A stretch of 64,000 nucleotides of DNA from Candidatus Altiarchaeales archaeon (GCA_014727915.1 WJMO01000006.1:256001-320000); one strand, 5' to 3'. Counted from the first letter of the stretch, positions 9,759 to 18,917 are shown. Translations and numbers: made by a program. Notes: generated from the sequence alone by a model not told the origin.

Positions 9759-9784
9759 CCCGGGCCTTAATCACTATTTGGAAA

Positions 9785-10222
9785 ATGAGGAGGGGGCAGG
9801 CAGCCGTGGAATGGGTAGTCATACTTTCCGTTGCGATACTGATACTTGCGGTCATGCTGTCCTTCAACGAGGAGAACTACCTTTTCTTCAGGAACAACAT
9901 GAAGGTTAGCAAGGCTAAGGCCGCTTTGAACGAGCTGAAGAACTCCGCGGATTTCGTTTACAGCCAGGGAAGCGGCGCCAAAACCAGGGTTTACGTCACC
10001 ATCCCCGTGGAGACCAACATCACCATAGAAACCCTTTCAACCGGGACAGGTCAGATACAGGCCGAGGTCCTAGTGAACGGGGAGAGGGAGTACTTTGACG
10101 TCTACACCGAGGCTAACCTGAGCGGTAGCCTGCCCGAGAAGGGCGGAAGCTACTGCGTGGACATCGAATGCCTCGGCGAGGTGGTCAGCATAACGAGGAG
10201 CAGCGGATCATGCTCAACATAG
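9785..10222 (+). CDS. Type IV pilin-like protein (class III signal peptide)
   Basis: MRRG|QAAVEWVVILSV with Q+1, E+5 and a hydrophobic helix. The real start is ATG 9785 within the 9452..10222 ORF. Confidence 0.88.
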   Translation: MRRGQAAVEWVVILSVAILILAVMLSFNEENYLFFRNNMKVSKAKAALNELKNSADFVYSQGSGAKTRVYVTIPVETNITIETLSTGTGQIQAEVLVNGEREYFDVYTEANLSGSLPEKGGSYCVDIECLGEVVSITRSSGSCST

Positions 10223-10225
10223 CTT

Positions 10226-10651
10226 ATGAACTTGAAGATGAGAGTTAGGGGGCAGGTGACTGTAGAGTACGTTGTGGTTTTCGCCATCCTGATGCTGGTT
10301 TTCGTGGTGGCCTTCCACTCCGTGAGCGTGGAGCGGAAGCACGCCTCCCAGATGCTGTGGAGCGTGGACGCCCGGGAGAACACCTGGGACCTGGCGGAAT
10401 CCATAAACGCGGCCGTCATAGGAGGTCCTGGGACCAACATGACCATAACAATGCCTGGGAAGCTAGTGGGGGGAGTGAACTACACCATAACGGTCTACCC
10501 GCGCATGGTCGCGTTGGACATACCCTCCTATAACAGGGAGTTCACGTGGAGGATACTCACCAGCAACATAAACGGGTCTGACGCTGCGCTGACCCTCCAT
10601 AAAGGGGAGGTCACAATAATGAACAAAGACGACGTCATATACTTGAGCTAA
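10226..10651 (+). CDS. Type IV pilin-like protein (class III signal peptide)
   Basis: RVRG|QVTVEYVVVFAIL; several N-x-S/T sequons. Confidence 0.88.
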   Translation: MNLKMRVRGQVTVEYVVVFAILMLVFVVAFHSVSVERKHASQMLWSVDARENTWDLAESINAAVIGGPGTNMTITMPGKLVGGVNYTITVYPRMVALDIPSYNREFTWRILTSNINGSDAALTLHKGEVTIMNKDDVIYLS

Positions 10652-10652
10652 G

Positions 10653-11162
10653 ATGAAGAGGGGAGCGGCTTTCACGTTGGACATGATAATAGCGGTGTTC
10701 CTGTTCGTGGTCATACTCTTGGGCATCCTCTGGCTGTGGAGCGAGACATACAGGCAGGTCTACTACAGCGGGGACGAGAACGCCAGGTTCCGAAAGTCGG
10801 TTGACGTCTCCGACATACTCGTGAAGTCGGGTGGCACACCCGCCAACTGGTACCTGAACGAGGAGGTGACGACAGCCAACACGCATTCCATCGGACTGGC
10901 GGAGGAGGAGAACGTGCTGGACCGCGTCAGGATCGACAAGTTCAACGCATCGAACACAACAATACTGAGGACAATACTGGGACTGACGAGGGAGACGTTC
11001 GAGGTGACCATAACAGCCAACTGGACCACCACGCCGAACCTCCTGTACAATGTGAGCGACTTCAACAGCTCCTCCACCAAGGTGCACGTGGTGGAGAGGA
11101 TAGCATTGCTGGACGGGGAGAGGGTCAGGTTGAAGGTCAAGGTGGGGTACGCGAGAAGATGA
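10653..11162 (+). CDS. Minor pilin-like protein
   Basis: KRG|AAFTLDMIIAVFLF; SDILVKSGGTPANW..IGLA motif; five sequons. Confidence 0.8.
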   Translation: MKRGAAFTLDMIIAVFLFVVILLGILWLWSETYRQVYYSGDENARFRKSVDVSDILVKSGGTPANWYLNEEVTTANTHSIGLAEEENVLDRVRIDKFNASNTTILRTILGLTRETFEVTITANWTTTPNLLYNVSDFNSSSTKVHVVERIALLDGERVRLKVKVGYARR

Positions 11163-11548
11163 GGAGAGGGTTTGTTGTTTCGCTGGATGTGATGGCAGCC
11201 ACCATAATAGCGGTGGTGATGATAGTGGCGACATTGACGCTGCTCACAGAGCCCAGCAAGTACCCGGACGAGTACCTCTACAGGTATTCGGTGGACTTCC
11301 TGACTGTGGCGACTAAGGAGGGAAGCTTCTCCGACGGCATCTCGGGCAACTGGACCCCCGCGGAGGACCTGTTCGACATGGCCTCCAGCAACGTATGCTT
11401 CAACGTCACGCTGAAAGACCAGGATGAGAGCCTGGTATACAATTACACGAGGCCTTGCAGGAGCCCTGACTATGCGGTTGTTGGGAAGTACGTGGTGACG
11501 GACGGGGGCAGGAACTATCTTTCTGAGATGAGGATGTGGTACAAGTGA
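11159..11548 (+). CDS. Minor pilin-like protein
   Basis: RRG|FVVSLDVMAATIIAV; ATGA overlap with the previous gene. Confidence 0.8.
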   Translation: MRRGFVVSLDVMAATIIAVVMIVATLTLLTEPSKYPDEYLYRYSVDFLTVATKEGSFSDGISGNWTPAEDLFDMASSNVCFNVTLKDQDESLVYNYTRPCRSPDYAVVGKYVVTDGGRNYLSEMRMWYK

Positions 11549-12726
11549 GGGAGCGCGGATACCTTTTCACGGCTTTGACGTTCTTCATGCTAATATCAGT
11601 GTTCAGCCTGGCCTACTTCTACCATGGCATAAACGCGGACGGGCGGTACTTCGACGTGACGCCCATGAAGAACCGCGCCATAAACGACAACATCGGGGAG
11701 AACCTGGAGGAGACCCTCGGCCTGGACATATCAGTCAACAGAAGCGGCAACGTGACCGTGGAGTTCGAAGACTATATACCCTCATCGTATAATGTCACAT
11801 ACGCGGTCGTGAACTACAGCGACTACGTGAACACAAAATACAAGGCGTCGGTGAACTCCAACATAACATTGGACGTCACCCAGTTCAACCTCCTGTTCCC
11901 AATAGACCCCTACAGCTTCACATACGGGTGGGAGAACGACTTCAAGAGGGGGATACTAGCCTATAACACGTCATCCGACACTTCAACTTTCATAGGGTAC
12001 GACATAGTCGCAACGTTCGCCGACGACCGCATATACGATGTGATGTGGTTGGAGGGGGAGAACCTCACCGGCGGAGGGGACAACACAGCGAGCGGGAGCG
12101 CATCAGGCGGATACTACAAGAGCGGGATAGCAGAGCCGGACGTGTTGACGAGGACCGTGACCTCGCCACTGACAACCAATTACACGTTGTGGGTGAGGAG
12201 CCTGGACAACCAGTCCACCGACCACCAGTTCATAGTCGGCGTCGGCGGGGTGAACTCGTCCTCCAACTTCGGGGAGCACACCGCGGGCGGGTGGGCGTAC
12301 GGGTGGGAGATGGGAGACAACTTCACCGTGACAGCCGGGCCGTTGGACGTTAAGGTCTATGGGCTGGCTAGCAACACGGCGGCGGTGGACGTCATCATGC
12401 TCGCCTCCGACCCTGACGTTGACCCAAACGACTACGGCGGCTTCGGGAGGCCGCCTGACACTCTGGAGGCCGGGGCGGACACTGGAGACCTGGACTTCAC
12501 GTTCCACATTGAATTCGACAACCTCAAATACTCCTACGCAGGGGACCTGAACAAATCGGGGGAGAGCACGTTCAACTTCACCTTCAAAGACAACGACAGC
12601 GTCAGGTTCACCATAGGAAAGTACGTGCACGATGGTTTGAGGACCGAGTCTTACAGGGCGAGGTTGAACAACAGCAGGAGCGGCAGCAGGGGAACGGTCA
12701 AGACGATGATGAGGTTCGAAACATAG
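11536..12726 (+). CDS. Minor pilin-like protein with an inserted carbohydrate-binding-like domain
   Basis: ERG|YLFTALTFFML N-terminal helix, an internal WLEGE...VDVIML jelly-roll-like segment, and many sequons. Confidence 0.72.
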   Translation: MVQVRERGYLFTALTFFMLISVFSLAYFYHGINADGRYFDVTPMKNRAINDNIGENLEETLGLDISVNRSGNVTVEFEDYIPSSYNVTYAVVNYSDYVNTKYKASVNSNITLDVTQFNLLFPIDPYSFTYGWENDFKRGILAYNTSSDTSTFIGYDIVATFADDRIYDVMWLEGENLTGGGDNTASGSASGGYYKSGIAEPDVLTRTVTSPLTTNYTLWVRSLDNQSTDHQFIVGVGGVNSSSNFGEHTAGGWAYGWEMGDNFTVTAGPLDVKVYGLASNTAAVDVIMLASDPDVDPNDYGGFGRPPDTLEAGADTGDLDFTFHIEFDNLKYSYAGDLNKSGESTFNFTFKDNDSVRFTIGKYVHDGLRTESYRARLNNSRSGSRGTVKTMMRFET

Positions 12727-12730
12727 AAGG

Positions 12731-13714
12731 ATGAAAGTCAAGGTTTTCGCATTGGTTGTGGTGTTGGCGTGGTTGGCAGCGTCCATCAGCCAGGAGCAGA
12801 CGGGGTCCTGCGTGCACCCCAAGAACTCCCCTGACAACCACATAACATGCAGTCTAGGATCGGGGGCGGGGACCGGCAACCTGCTGGTCACGGCCATATC
12901 AACCTCAGGAGACAGCGGACCATACAGCCCGCCCCCTGGATTCACGGTGGTAGACGACTACTCCGGGTCTAAGGTCTCCTGTGCCCTGGCCTACAAGGTA
13001 GCGGACGGGGGGGAGGACGAGTTCACCTGGAACTATGAGGGCAGCGAGATGTCGGTCGCGTGGGTGGGGGAATACAGCGGCATGAAGGGAGCCAACCCAT
13101 TGGACGAGCACAGCGAGAACGACAGCCGGGAGGGGACGGTCTCGTCCCTTGCCAGCGGGACCACCGGAGAAACGATAGTCGGGGACGAGCTCGCCATCGC
13201 AGCATTCGGCATAGGCAGCGGCAGCAAGGGAACAGGCAGGATATGGTCGGACAGCTTCACAGAAGATGAGTATGTAACGGGCGACAAGTCACCGGGCCTG
13301 GCGGTGGGGGAGAGGATACTTACAGACAGGGGACGGTTCCTGACGACGTTGACGTGGAGCCAGCCCGAAAGGGCCTGCGCTTCTATAGCGACTTTCAAAG
13401 CGGACGTTCCTGTCTGCGGGGAGTACGGGTGCGAGCCCGGCGAGGACTACATGAGCTGCCCTGTGGACTGCTGCGAACGGGACTGCACGGGAAGGCAGGA
13501 CAGCATATGCCGCATGGAGTGCATGGGATACAGCGGCTGCGGTCTGGTAAGCATCGAATGCGAGGGGAGCGTGTTCGGGCAGTGCGAGAGCCCGCTGAAG
13601 GAGTGCAGCGGGTGCAGGTGCAAGGTGGGAGAAGTAAGGGTGAACACCAACATACACCTTACCATAGGGGGAGCCTGGAGCAAGAGTGGCGTGGTATGGC
13701 TGGCACGCGGATGA
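12731..13714 (+). CDS. Secreted protein, beta-rich domain plus Cys-rich C-terminal module (putative adhesin)
   Basis: Sec-type signal MKVKVFALVVVLAWLAA, a GNLLV..PPGFT..YKVA..E..EYSG..PLD domain, and CG..GCEPGEDYMSCPVDC plus further Cys clusters. Confidence 0.72.
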   Translation: MKVKVFALVVVLAWLAASISQEQTGSCVHPKNSPDNHITCSLGSGAGTGNLLVTAISTSGDSGPYSPPPGFTVVDDYSGSKVSCALAYKVADGGEDEFTWNYEGSEMSVAWVGEYSGMKGANPLDEHSENDSREGTVSSLASGTTGETIVGDELAIAAFGIGSGSKGTGRIWSDSFTEDEYVTGDKSPGLAVGERILTDRGRFLTTLTWSQPERACASIATFKADVPVCGEYGCEPGEDYMSCPVDCCERDCTGRQDSICRMECMGYSGCGLVSIECEGSVFGQCESPLKECSGCRCKVGEVRVNTNIHLTIGGAWSKSGVVWLARG

Positions 13715-13777
13715 AACCCCCAAACTGTCTTGAAGGATGTTCAAATAATTTAAAATAAATCGTTCGTATATTGTTCT

Positions 13778-14155
13778 ATGACTACTGTGTCCAAGGAGAG
13801 GGTTGTGAGCCTCCAACTGAGGGACAGGAGCCTCATCGACACCGCAGAGATAAGGATAGACCAGGACCGGAACGTGAGACTGGACATAACAGGCACGGAA
13901 GGTCTGGAGCCTCAGATTATGCGTTTCGGGGACAACGCCAATTCTAGGGAGATCTGGTCGGCGCTCCCGGAGCCCGCGCGCGACGAGCTGGGAAGGGCCA
14001 TAGCCAAGGCGGAGCAAAGCTACAGGGGAGGGGTGCCAGGCCTTGAACTCGAACAATACGGCACAAAAGCAGTGGGTCGTTGGATTTCTGGCGGCGGGAA
14101 CTCCCAGATAGGATTGAGCGTTATGACCGACTCGAAGATGGTCGAGAGCGAATAA
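13778..14155 (+). CDS. Hypothetical protein
   Basis: 125-aa ORF that fills the gap, with an AT-rich TTTAAA element about 28 nt upstream; no recognisable motif. Confidence 0.55.
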   Translation: MTTVSKERVVSLQLRDRSLIDTAEIRIDQDRNVRLDITGTEGLEPQIMRFGDNANSREIWSALPEPARDELGRAIAKAEQSYRGGVPGLELEQYGTKAVGRWISGGGNSQIGLSVMTDSKMVESE

Positions 14156-14201
14156 CGTTCACAGATGATTTTATAACTCCCTAGTTCAATGCATATATGG
14201 G

Positions 14202-15941
14202 ATGGTGGACATCAGAACGCACGTCGACGTACTATTGGACGCTGTCAGGCGTGATGGGGTGGTGGACTTGGACAAGCTCACCAAGGAGGTGGGCGAGGAC
14301 AAGAAGAAGATAAACAACTGGCTCAAACAGTTGGAGAGCGTATTGCACGTAGACTACAGCATAAACCTCCTGAAGAAGCCCAGCGTGAAAGACAAGGAAT
14401 TGGAGCGCAAGTACGTGCCGAGCATAAGGGTGGATGTCAAAGGGGAGAAGATCGAGTCCTACAAAATCACCGTTGACGGCGTGCCTTCCGAGGTAAGCAT
14501 ACTGGACGTCAAAGGAGACGTGATGCGAACCTACAACGTCGACCTGCCAAGGATAGGGGACGGGACCCACGCCCTATTGGACAATGTGGTCAAAGAGCTC
14601 GCAGTCAAAGCCAGCATCAAGGTCGAGGAGATAGCGGACCCGAAGAAGGCCGCGGGCGTGAAGGAACGGTTCAGGGAGCAGGCTAAAGCCAGGATACTCG
14701 AGGAGATGCCGGTCACAGAGGAACAGAGCAAAATGCTCGCAGGCATCGTATTGCACAGGGTCTACGGCCTGGGAGACCTGGAGATGATACTCGGCGACGA
14801 CATGATAGAGGAGATCTGCGTCAACAGCAGCGGACTCCCGATAGTAGTCTACCAGCGGAAGCACGGCTGGCTCAAATCCAACATCATACTCCCAGAGGAG
14901 AAGGACATATTCGACTACGCCTCGCAGATCGGGCGGAGGGTCGGGAAGGACATAACCAACCTCAACCCTCTCATGGACGCCCGGCTCATATCAGGGGACC
15001 GGGTGGTAGCGTCCATGTTCCCAATATCATCCCAGGGCAACACGATAACCATAAGGAAGTTCGCCCGGGACCCTTGGACTGTCGTGGACTTCATGAGCCC
15101 CGAATACAACACCATCTCCCCCCAGATCGCATCGTTCCTGTGGCTGTGCATACAATACGAGCTGAGCGTCCTCGTAGCCGGGGGAACGGCCTCGGGGAAG
15201 ACGAGCATGCTGAACAGCCTCTGCGCATTCATACCCCCCGGGCAGAGGGTTGTGAGCATAGAGGACACGAGAGAGATACAATTGCCATCACACCTCCACC
15301 TCAACTGGATACAACTGACCACTAGAGAGCCTAACCCCGATGGCCTGGGCGGTGTTACCATGCTCGACCTCATACTGTCCTCGCTGAGGATGCGGCCGGA
15401 CAGGATAATCGTCGGGGAGATAAGGGACCGGAACGAGGCTGAGGTATTGTTCGAGGCCATGCACACCGGCCACAGCGTATACTCTACCATGCACGCGGAC
15501 ACATGCCAGCACGTCAGACGCAGGGTTACAGAACCCCCCATACAGATACCGGAGGCGGAATTGGAGGCGTTGCAGGTGATAATGACCCAGTACCGTGACC
15601 GCCTTCACGGGATAAGGAGGACCTTCGAAGTGGCGGAGGTCGTGCCAGGCACCAGGGAGCGGAGGCTGGAGCTGAAATACCTGTACAGGTGGAGGGTAAA
15701 GACGGACACGTTCGACAGGATAGACAAGAGCAGCAGAGTCGCCAACGACCTCAACCTATACACTGGGTTGAGCGCGAAGGAGATAGAGGAGGACCTGAAG
15801 GAGAAGGAGAGCGTGCTACAGTGGCTGCTTGACAACAGCATAAACAAGATGAACGACATAGGCCGGGTGATGAACATGTACTACACCGAACACGACGAGC
15901 TCATCACCGCAGTAGAGGGTGGCAAGGAGCTGGGAGAATAG
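14202..15941 (+). CDS. Type IV pilus assembly ATPase (TadA/CpaF/VirB11 family)
   Basis: GLGDLEMILGDDMIEEICVN, TITIRKF, Walker A GGTASGKTS, LRMRPDRIIVGEIR, AMHTGHSVYSTMHAD. TTTATAA lies about 30 nt upstream. Confidence 0.92.
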   Translation: MVDIRTHVDVLLDAVRRDGVVDLDKLTKEVGEDKKKINNWLKQLESVLHVDYSINLLKKPSVKDKELERKYVPSIRVDVKGEKIESYKITVDGVPSEVSILDVKGDVMRTYNVDLPRIGDGTHALLDNVVKELAVKASIKVEEIADPKKAAGVKERFREQAKARILEEMPVTEEQSKMLAGIVLHRVYGLGDLEMILGDDMIEEICVNSSGLPIVVYQRKHGWLKSNIILPEEKDIFDYASQIGRRVGKDITNLNPLMDARLISGDRVVASMFPISSQGNTITIRKFARDPWTVVDFMSPEYNTISPQIASFLWLCIQYELSVLVAGGTASGKTSMLNSLCAFIPPGQRVVSIEDTREIQLPSHLHLNWIQLTTREPNPDGLGGVTMLDLILSSLRMRPDRIIVGEIRDRNEAEVLFEAMHTGHSVYSTMHADTCQHVRRRVTEPPIQIPEAELEALQVIMTQYRDRLHGIRRTFEVAEVVPGTRERRLELKYLYRWRVKTDTFDRIDKSSRVANDLNLYTGLSAKEIEEDLKEKESVLQWLLDNSINKMNDIGRVMNMYYTEHDELITAVEGGKELGE

Positions 15942-15944
15942 GGT

Positions 15945-16832
15945 ATGAGAGTCTATGCCATGATACTCCCCCAGGAGGCGGGGAGGAAGCTGGGACGGCG
16001 TCTGGAGGACTTCGGAATCTTCCTCACAGAGTTCATGCCCGAGCTGAAGAGCGACATAGTCTACTCTTCCATCGACATGACCGCCGAAGAGTACATGGTA
16101 TCGTCGGTCGCGTCAGCCCTCCTCCTCGGCGCGCTGATGTTCACGTTCACATACATCCCGGTGTCGGTGTTGGAGCTCGCTCCAGGAAACGAAATGCTCT
16201 TCTCAGGGGTGCCGGCACTGGTCGTGATGGGCCTGGACTTCTTCGTCCTGTTGAGATACCCGAAGATACTATCCTTCAAACGGGCAGAACTAGTCGACAG
16301 AGACCTCGTCTACGCGTTGAAGGACCTCCTTCTGAACATAAGCGCGGGCCTGAGCCTATTCGAGAGCATAAAGAAGATATCAGACGCCGACTACGGTTTC
16401 GTCTCAAGGGACATGAAGACTGTCGTGGAGAACACCAAACAGGGCATGCCATTGGACGACGCCCTCGAAGACCTAGCGTTGAAGACATCCAGCGAGCACA
16501 TGAGAAACGCCCTATGGCAGACCATCAACGCCGTAAAAGCAGGGGCCAGCGTCAAAGACGCCCTGGCAGGCATCATAGACGCGCTTATGAGAGAGCAGAA
16601 GAGGAAGATAATGAACTACATACAGGAGCTGAACGTGCTCTCCATGATATACATGCTGTTCGCCGTGGCAGTCCCCACCATCATAACAACGGTGCTGGTC
16701 GTGCTCACGTCCCTGATGGGAACAGGAGTGGACGAGAACATATACATGTTCGTCATCGGAATATGCATACTGGTCCAGATTTTCCTAGTGGGCTTCATAA
16801 AGAGCAGGCGGCCAGTTGTGACCGTCCTCTAA
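15945..16832 (+). CDS. Type II secretion system F / TadC-like platform protein
   Basis: Two N-terminal TMs, DRDLVYALKDLLLNISAGLSL...GMPLDDALE, and C-terminal TMs; follows the ATPase. Confidence 0.88.
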   Translation: MRVYAMILPQEAGRKLGRRLEDFGIFLTEFMPELKSDIVYSSIDMTAEEYMVSSVASALLLGALMFTFTYIPVSVLELAPGNEMLFSGVPALVVMGLDFFVLLRYPKILSFKRAELVDRDLVYALKDLLLNISAGLSLFESIKKISDADYGFVSRDMKTVVENTKQGMPLDDALEDLALKTSSEHMRNALWQTINAVKAGASVKDALAGIIDALMREQKRKIMNYIQELNVLSMIYMLFAVAVPTIITTVLVVLTSLMGTGVDENIYMFVIGICILVQIFLVGFIKSRRPVVTVL

Positions 16833-17149
16833 GCCTCCGGCTTCCCGAAGAGGTTGGGGCTGCGCGGCTTCTTGTATCCCCGGTCGTGCACACGATAGGA
16901 GTCCTCGCCCAAACCCAGAATGCTTACCAGCTCGGACCTGGCGACTAGGAACCGGCTATGACCGAGGAAAGTTGATAGGTAGTTGGCAGTCAATCCCGTC
17001 ATCAGCTTCTCCTTCTCTTCGGCGGTCATGTGCTCCACGTCGGTTATGTTCATCTTCTTAAGCTCGTTGACGAGTATCAAAGCCCCAGACCTCCCAGACC
17101 ACTTTATCATGAAATCCAAAAGCTGCTTGCCTATCGCATGCGAAGCCAT
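16829..17149 (-). CDS. Small helical hypothetical protein (KaiC-associated)
   Basis: 106-aa ORF 4 nt downstream of the KaiC-like gene; similar to the N-terminus of 8999..9724. Confidence 0.7.
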   Translation of the reverse strand: MASHAIGKQLLDFMIKWSGRSGALILVNELKKMNITDVEHMTAEEKEKLMTGLTANYLSTFLGHSRFLVARSELVSILGLGEDSYRVHDRGYKKPRSPNLFGKPEA

Positions 17150-17153
17150 ATTA

Positions 17154-17861
17154 TCACTTGTACATCACCTTAAGCCCGTTGGAGGATATGTCATAGTCCA
17201 CGAAGTTCTTCACATGGTCCGACCCCCGCATCTTATGGACCTTTATCTGCCGCCCCCACTCCTCAGTCATCTTCAGCAACGTGACGGAGTCCGAGAGGAA
17301 GTCCTCCATCCCGAACCTGCTTATGTCATCAGACGCATAGCTTATCTCGGTTGTGAAAAGGGTGGTCGCGCCCATCTTCTTCAACGCCATCATGAACCTG
17401 AACAGCTCCGACCTGAATATCTGCTCGTCATGGTAGGCGATGGCAAGTGGAACGATGCTGTCCAACCCCACCCTTACGCAGTCGCTGTAGTTAATCTTTA
17501 TGAACTCGAACAGGTTGTCCAGCCTCAGGGGGCTCTCCTCGCTCTCCAGCTCGTCCTGGGTTGATATTACATTGGCCCTCAACGAGGACATGTCGCATAG
17601 TGCGAGCATCTCCTCACCGACCGAGTCCAGATCCAAGCCGATCGTCTTGCAGTCACGCTTGATCTGGGACATGGTCTCCTCAAGGGTTATGTAGACCGCC
17701 TTCTGACCGAACTTCTCCGCGCCGTTCAATAGATAGGACAGGGTGAAGAGGGTCTTGCCGGACCCGCTGCAACCCGCTATCAGGTTTATGCTCTCAGGTA
17801 TGTAGCCGCCGCCGAGCAGATTATCATAGCCTTCGATGCCTGTCTTAATCCTGTCACTCAT
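17154..17861 (-). CDS. KaiC/RAD55-family ATPase (single domain)
   Basis: RIKTGIEGYDNLLGGG, Walker A GCSGSGKT, YITLEE, LDSI, KVHKMRGSDH. Start at ATG 17861 with a GGTGA RBS. Confidence 0.9.
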   Translation of the reverse strand: MSDRIKTGIEGYDNLLGGGYIPESINLIAGCSGSGKTLFTLSYLLNGAEKFGQKAVYITLEETMSQIKRDCKTIGLDLDSVGEEMLALCDMSSLRANVISTQDELESEESPLRLDNLFEFIKINYSDCVRVGLDSIVPLAIAYHDEQIFRSELFRFMMALKKMGATTLFTTEISYASDDISRFGMEDFLSDSVTLLKMTEEWGRQIKVHKMRGSDHVKNFVDYDISSNGLKVMYK

Positions 17862-17935
17862 GAGATCACCTTTTGCCAGGTAACATATTAAGCGGCTATT
17901 ATAAAAGATGGGTAATATACATAAGATAATCGAAG

Positions 17936-18916
17936 ATGAAGGCATACTATATAGCTGCGAAATTCTTCCCGGAAGAAGTTAAGGAAGAGGTCCGGACGCT
18001 GCTACAATACTGCGGCAGCAGGATGAGCCCGGAAGTCTGGGTGGGAAGGGCGCTGCTGGTCAGCATGATGGTCTTCACCTTAGCCCTGTTCATAGTCCAC
18101 TATACGATAGAAGACTACTGGAGGGCCGTGTTACTGATGCTGTTGGCATTGACAATCTACCACATAACGACATACCTGCTGCTCTTCTACAAGGCGGAAG
18201 GCCGGGCGAGGGCGGTGGAGAGGGTACTCCCCAACTTCCTGCAGCTGGTGGCGGCGAACCTGAACTCGGGGATGACCCCCTTCCAGGCGTTCAAGGAGTC
18301 CAGCAGGATGGAATTCGGGATACTCAAAGACGAGATAGACAACACCATCGCGCTTTCCATGGGTACCATGCCATTCCACGACGCGCTGTTGGACATGCCT
18401 AAGAGGGTGAAGTCCACCATGTTCAAGAACGTCATCGAGCTGTTCGTGGAGGGGATGAAGACCGGCGGGCCGCTGGCCACCCTGCTGGCCGACATCGCCA
18501 AGGACATAAACGAGAACCTCGACCTGCGGAGGGAAATCGTGACACGCAGCAGGAGCTACATACTGTTCATATCCTTCATAGTCGTTTTCGGGTCGCCCCT
18601 GCTGACCGCGGTTTCCCTCCATTTCATACGCACAATAGACGAGGTCATCGGGGTCGTGCAGATGGAGATCCCGGAGATACAGAGCGTAGGGGGCATAAGC
18701 TTCGGCGAGCTCGTGCTCACCCCGGAGTTCCTGACCCGCGTGGGCATCGTGAACATCTCGCTCACCTCCCTGATAGCCAGCTGGCTTCTAGCGATAATCA
18801 GCCATGGGAAGGACAAGTACCTGTTCAGGTACGCTGTATTCCTCGTTCCCGCATCTATCGCGGCGTTCTTCATACTCGACTTCCTGATAAAGACGTTGTT
18901 GGGTTCACCGATATAA
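17936..18916 (+). CDS. Second type II secretion system F / TadC-like platform protein
   Basis: VERVLPNFLQLVAANLNSGMTPFQA..EFGILKDEI, GMKTGGPLATLL; TMs at both ends. Confidence 0.88.
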   Translation: MKAYYIAAKFFPEEVKEEVRTLLQYCGSRMSPEVWVGRALLVSMMVFTLALFIVHYTIEDYWRAVLLMLLALTIYHITTYLLLFYKAEGRARAVERVLPNFLQLVAANLNSGMTPFQAFKESSRMEFGILKDEIDNTIALSMGTMPFHDALLDMPKRVKSTMFKNVIELFVEGMKTGGPLATLLADIAKDINENLDLRREIVTRSRSYILFISFIVVFGSPLLTAVSLHFIRTIDEVIGVVQMEIPEIQSVGGISFGELVLTPEFLTRVGIVNISLTSLIASWLLAIISHGKDKYLFRYAVFLVPASIAAFFILDFLIKTLLGSPI

Positions 18917-18917
18917 G

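Noticed and set aside
9452-9784. N-terminal extension of the first pilin in the ORF track
   Set aside because: It overlaps the minus-strand gene, and the class III signal begins at ATG 9785.
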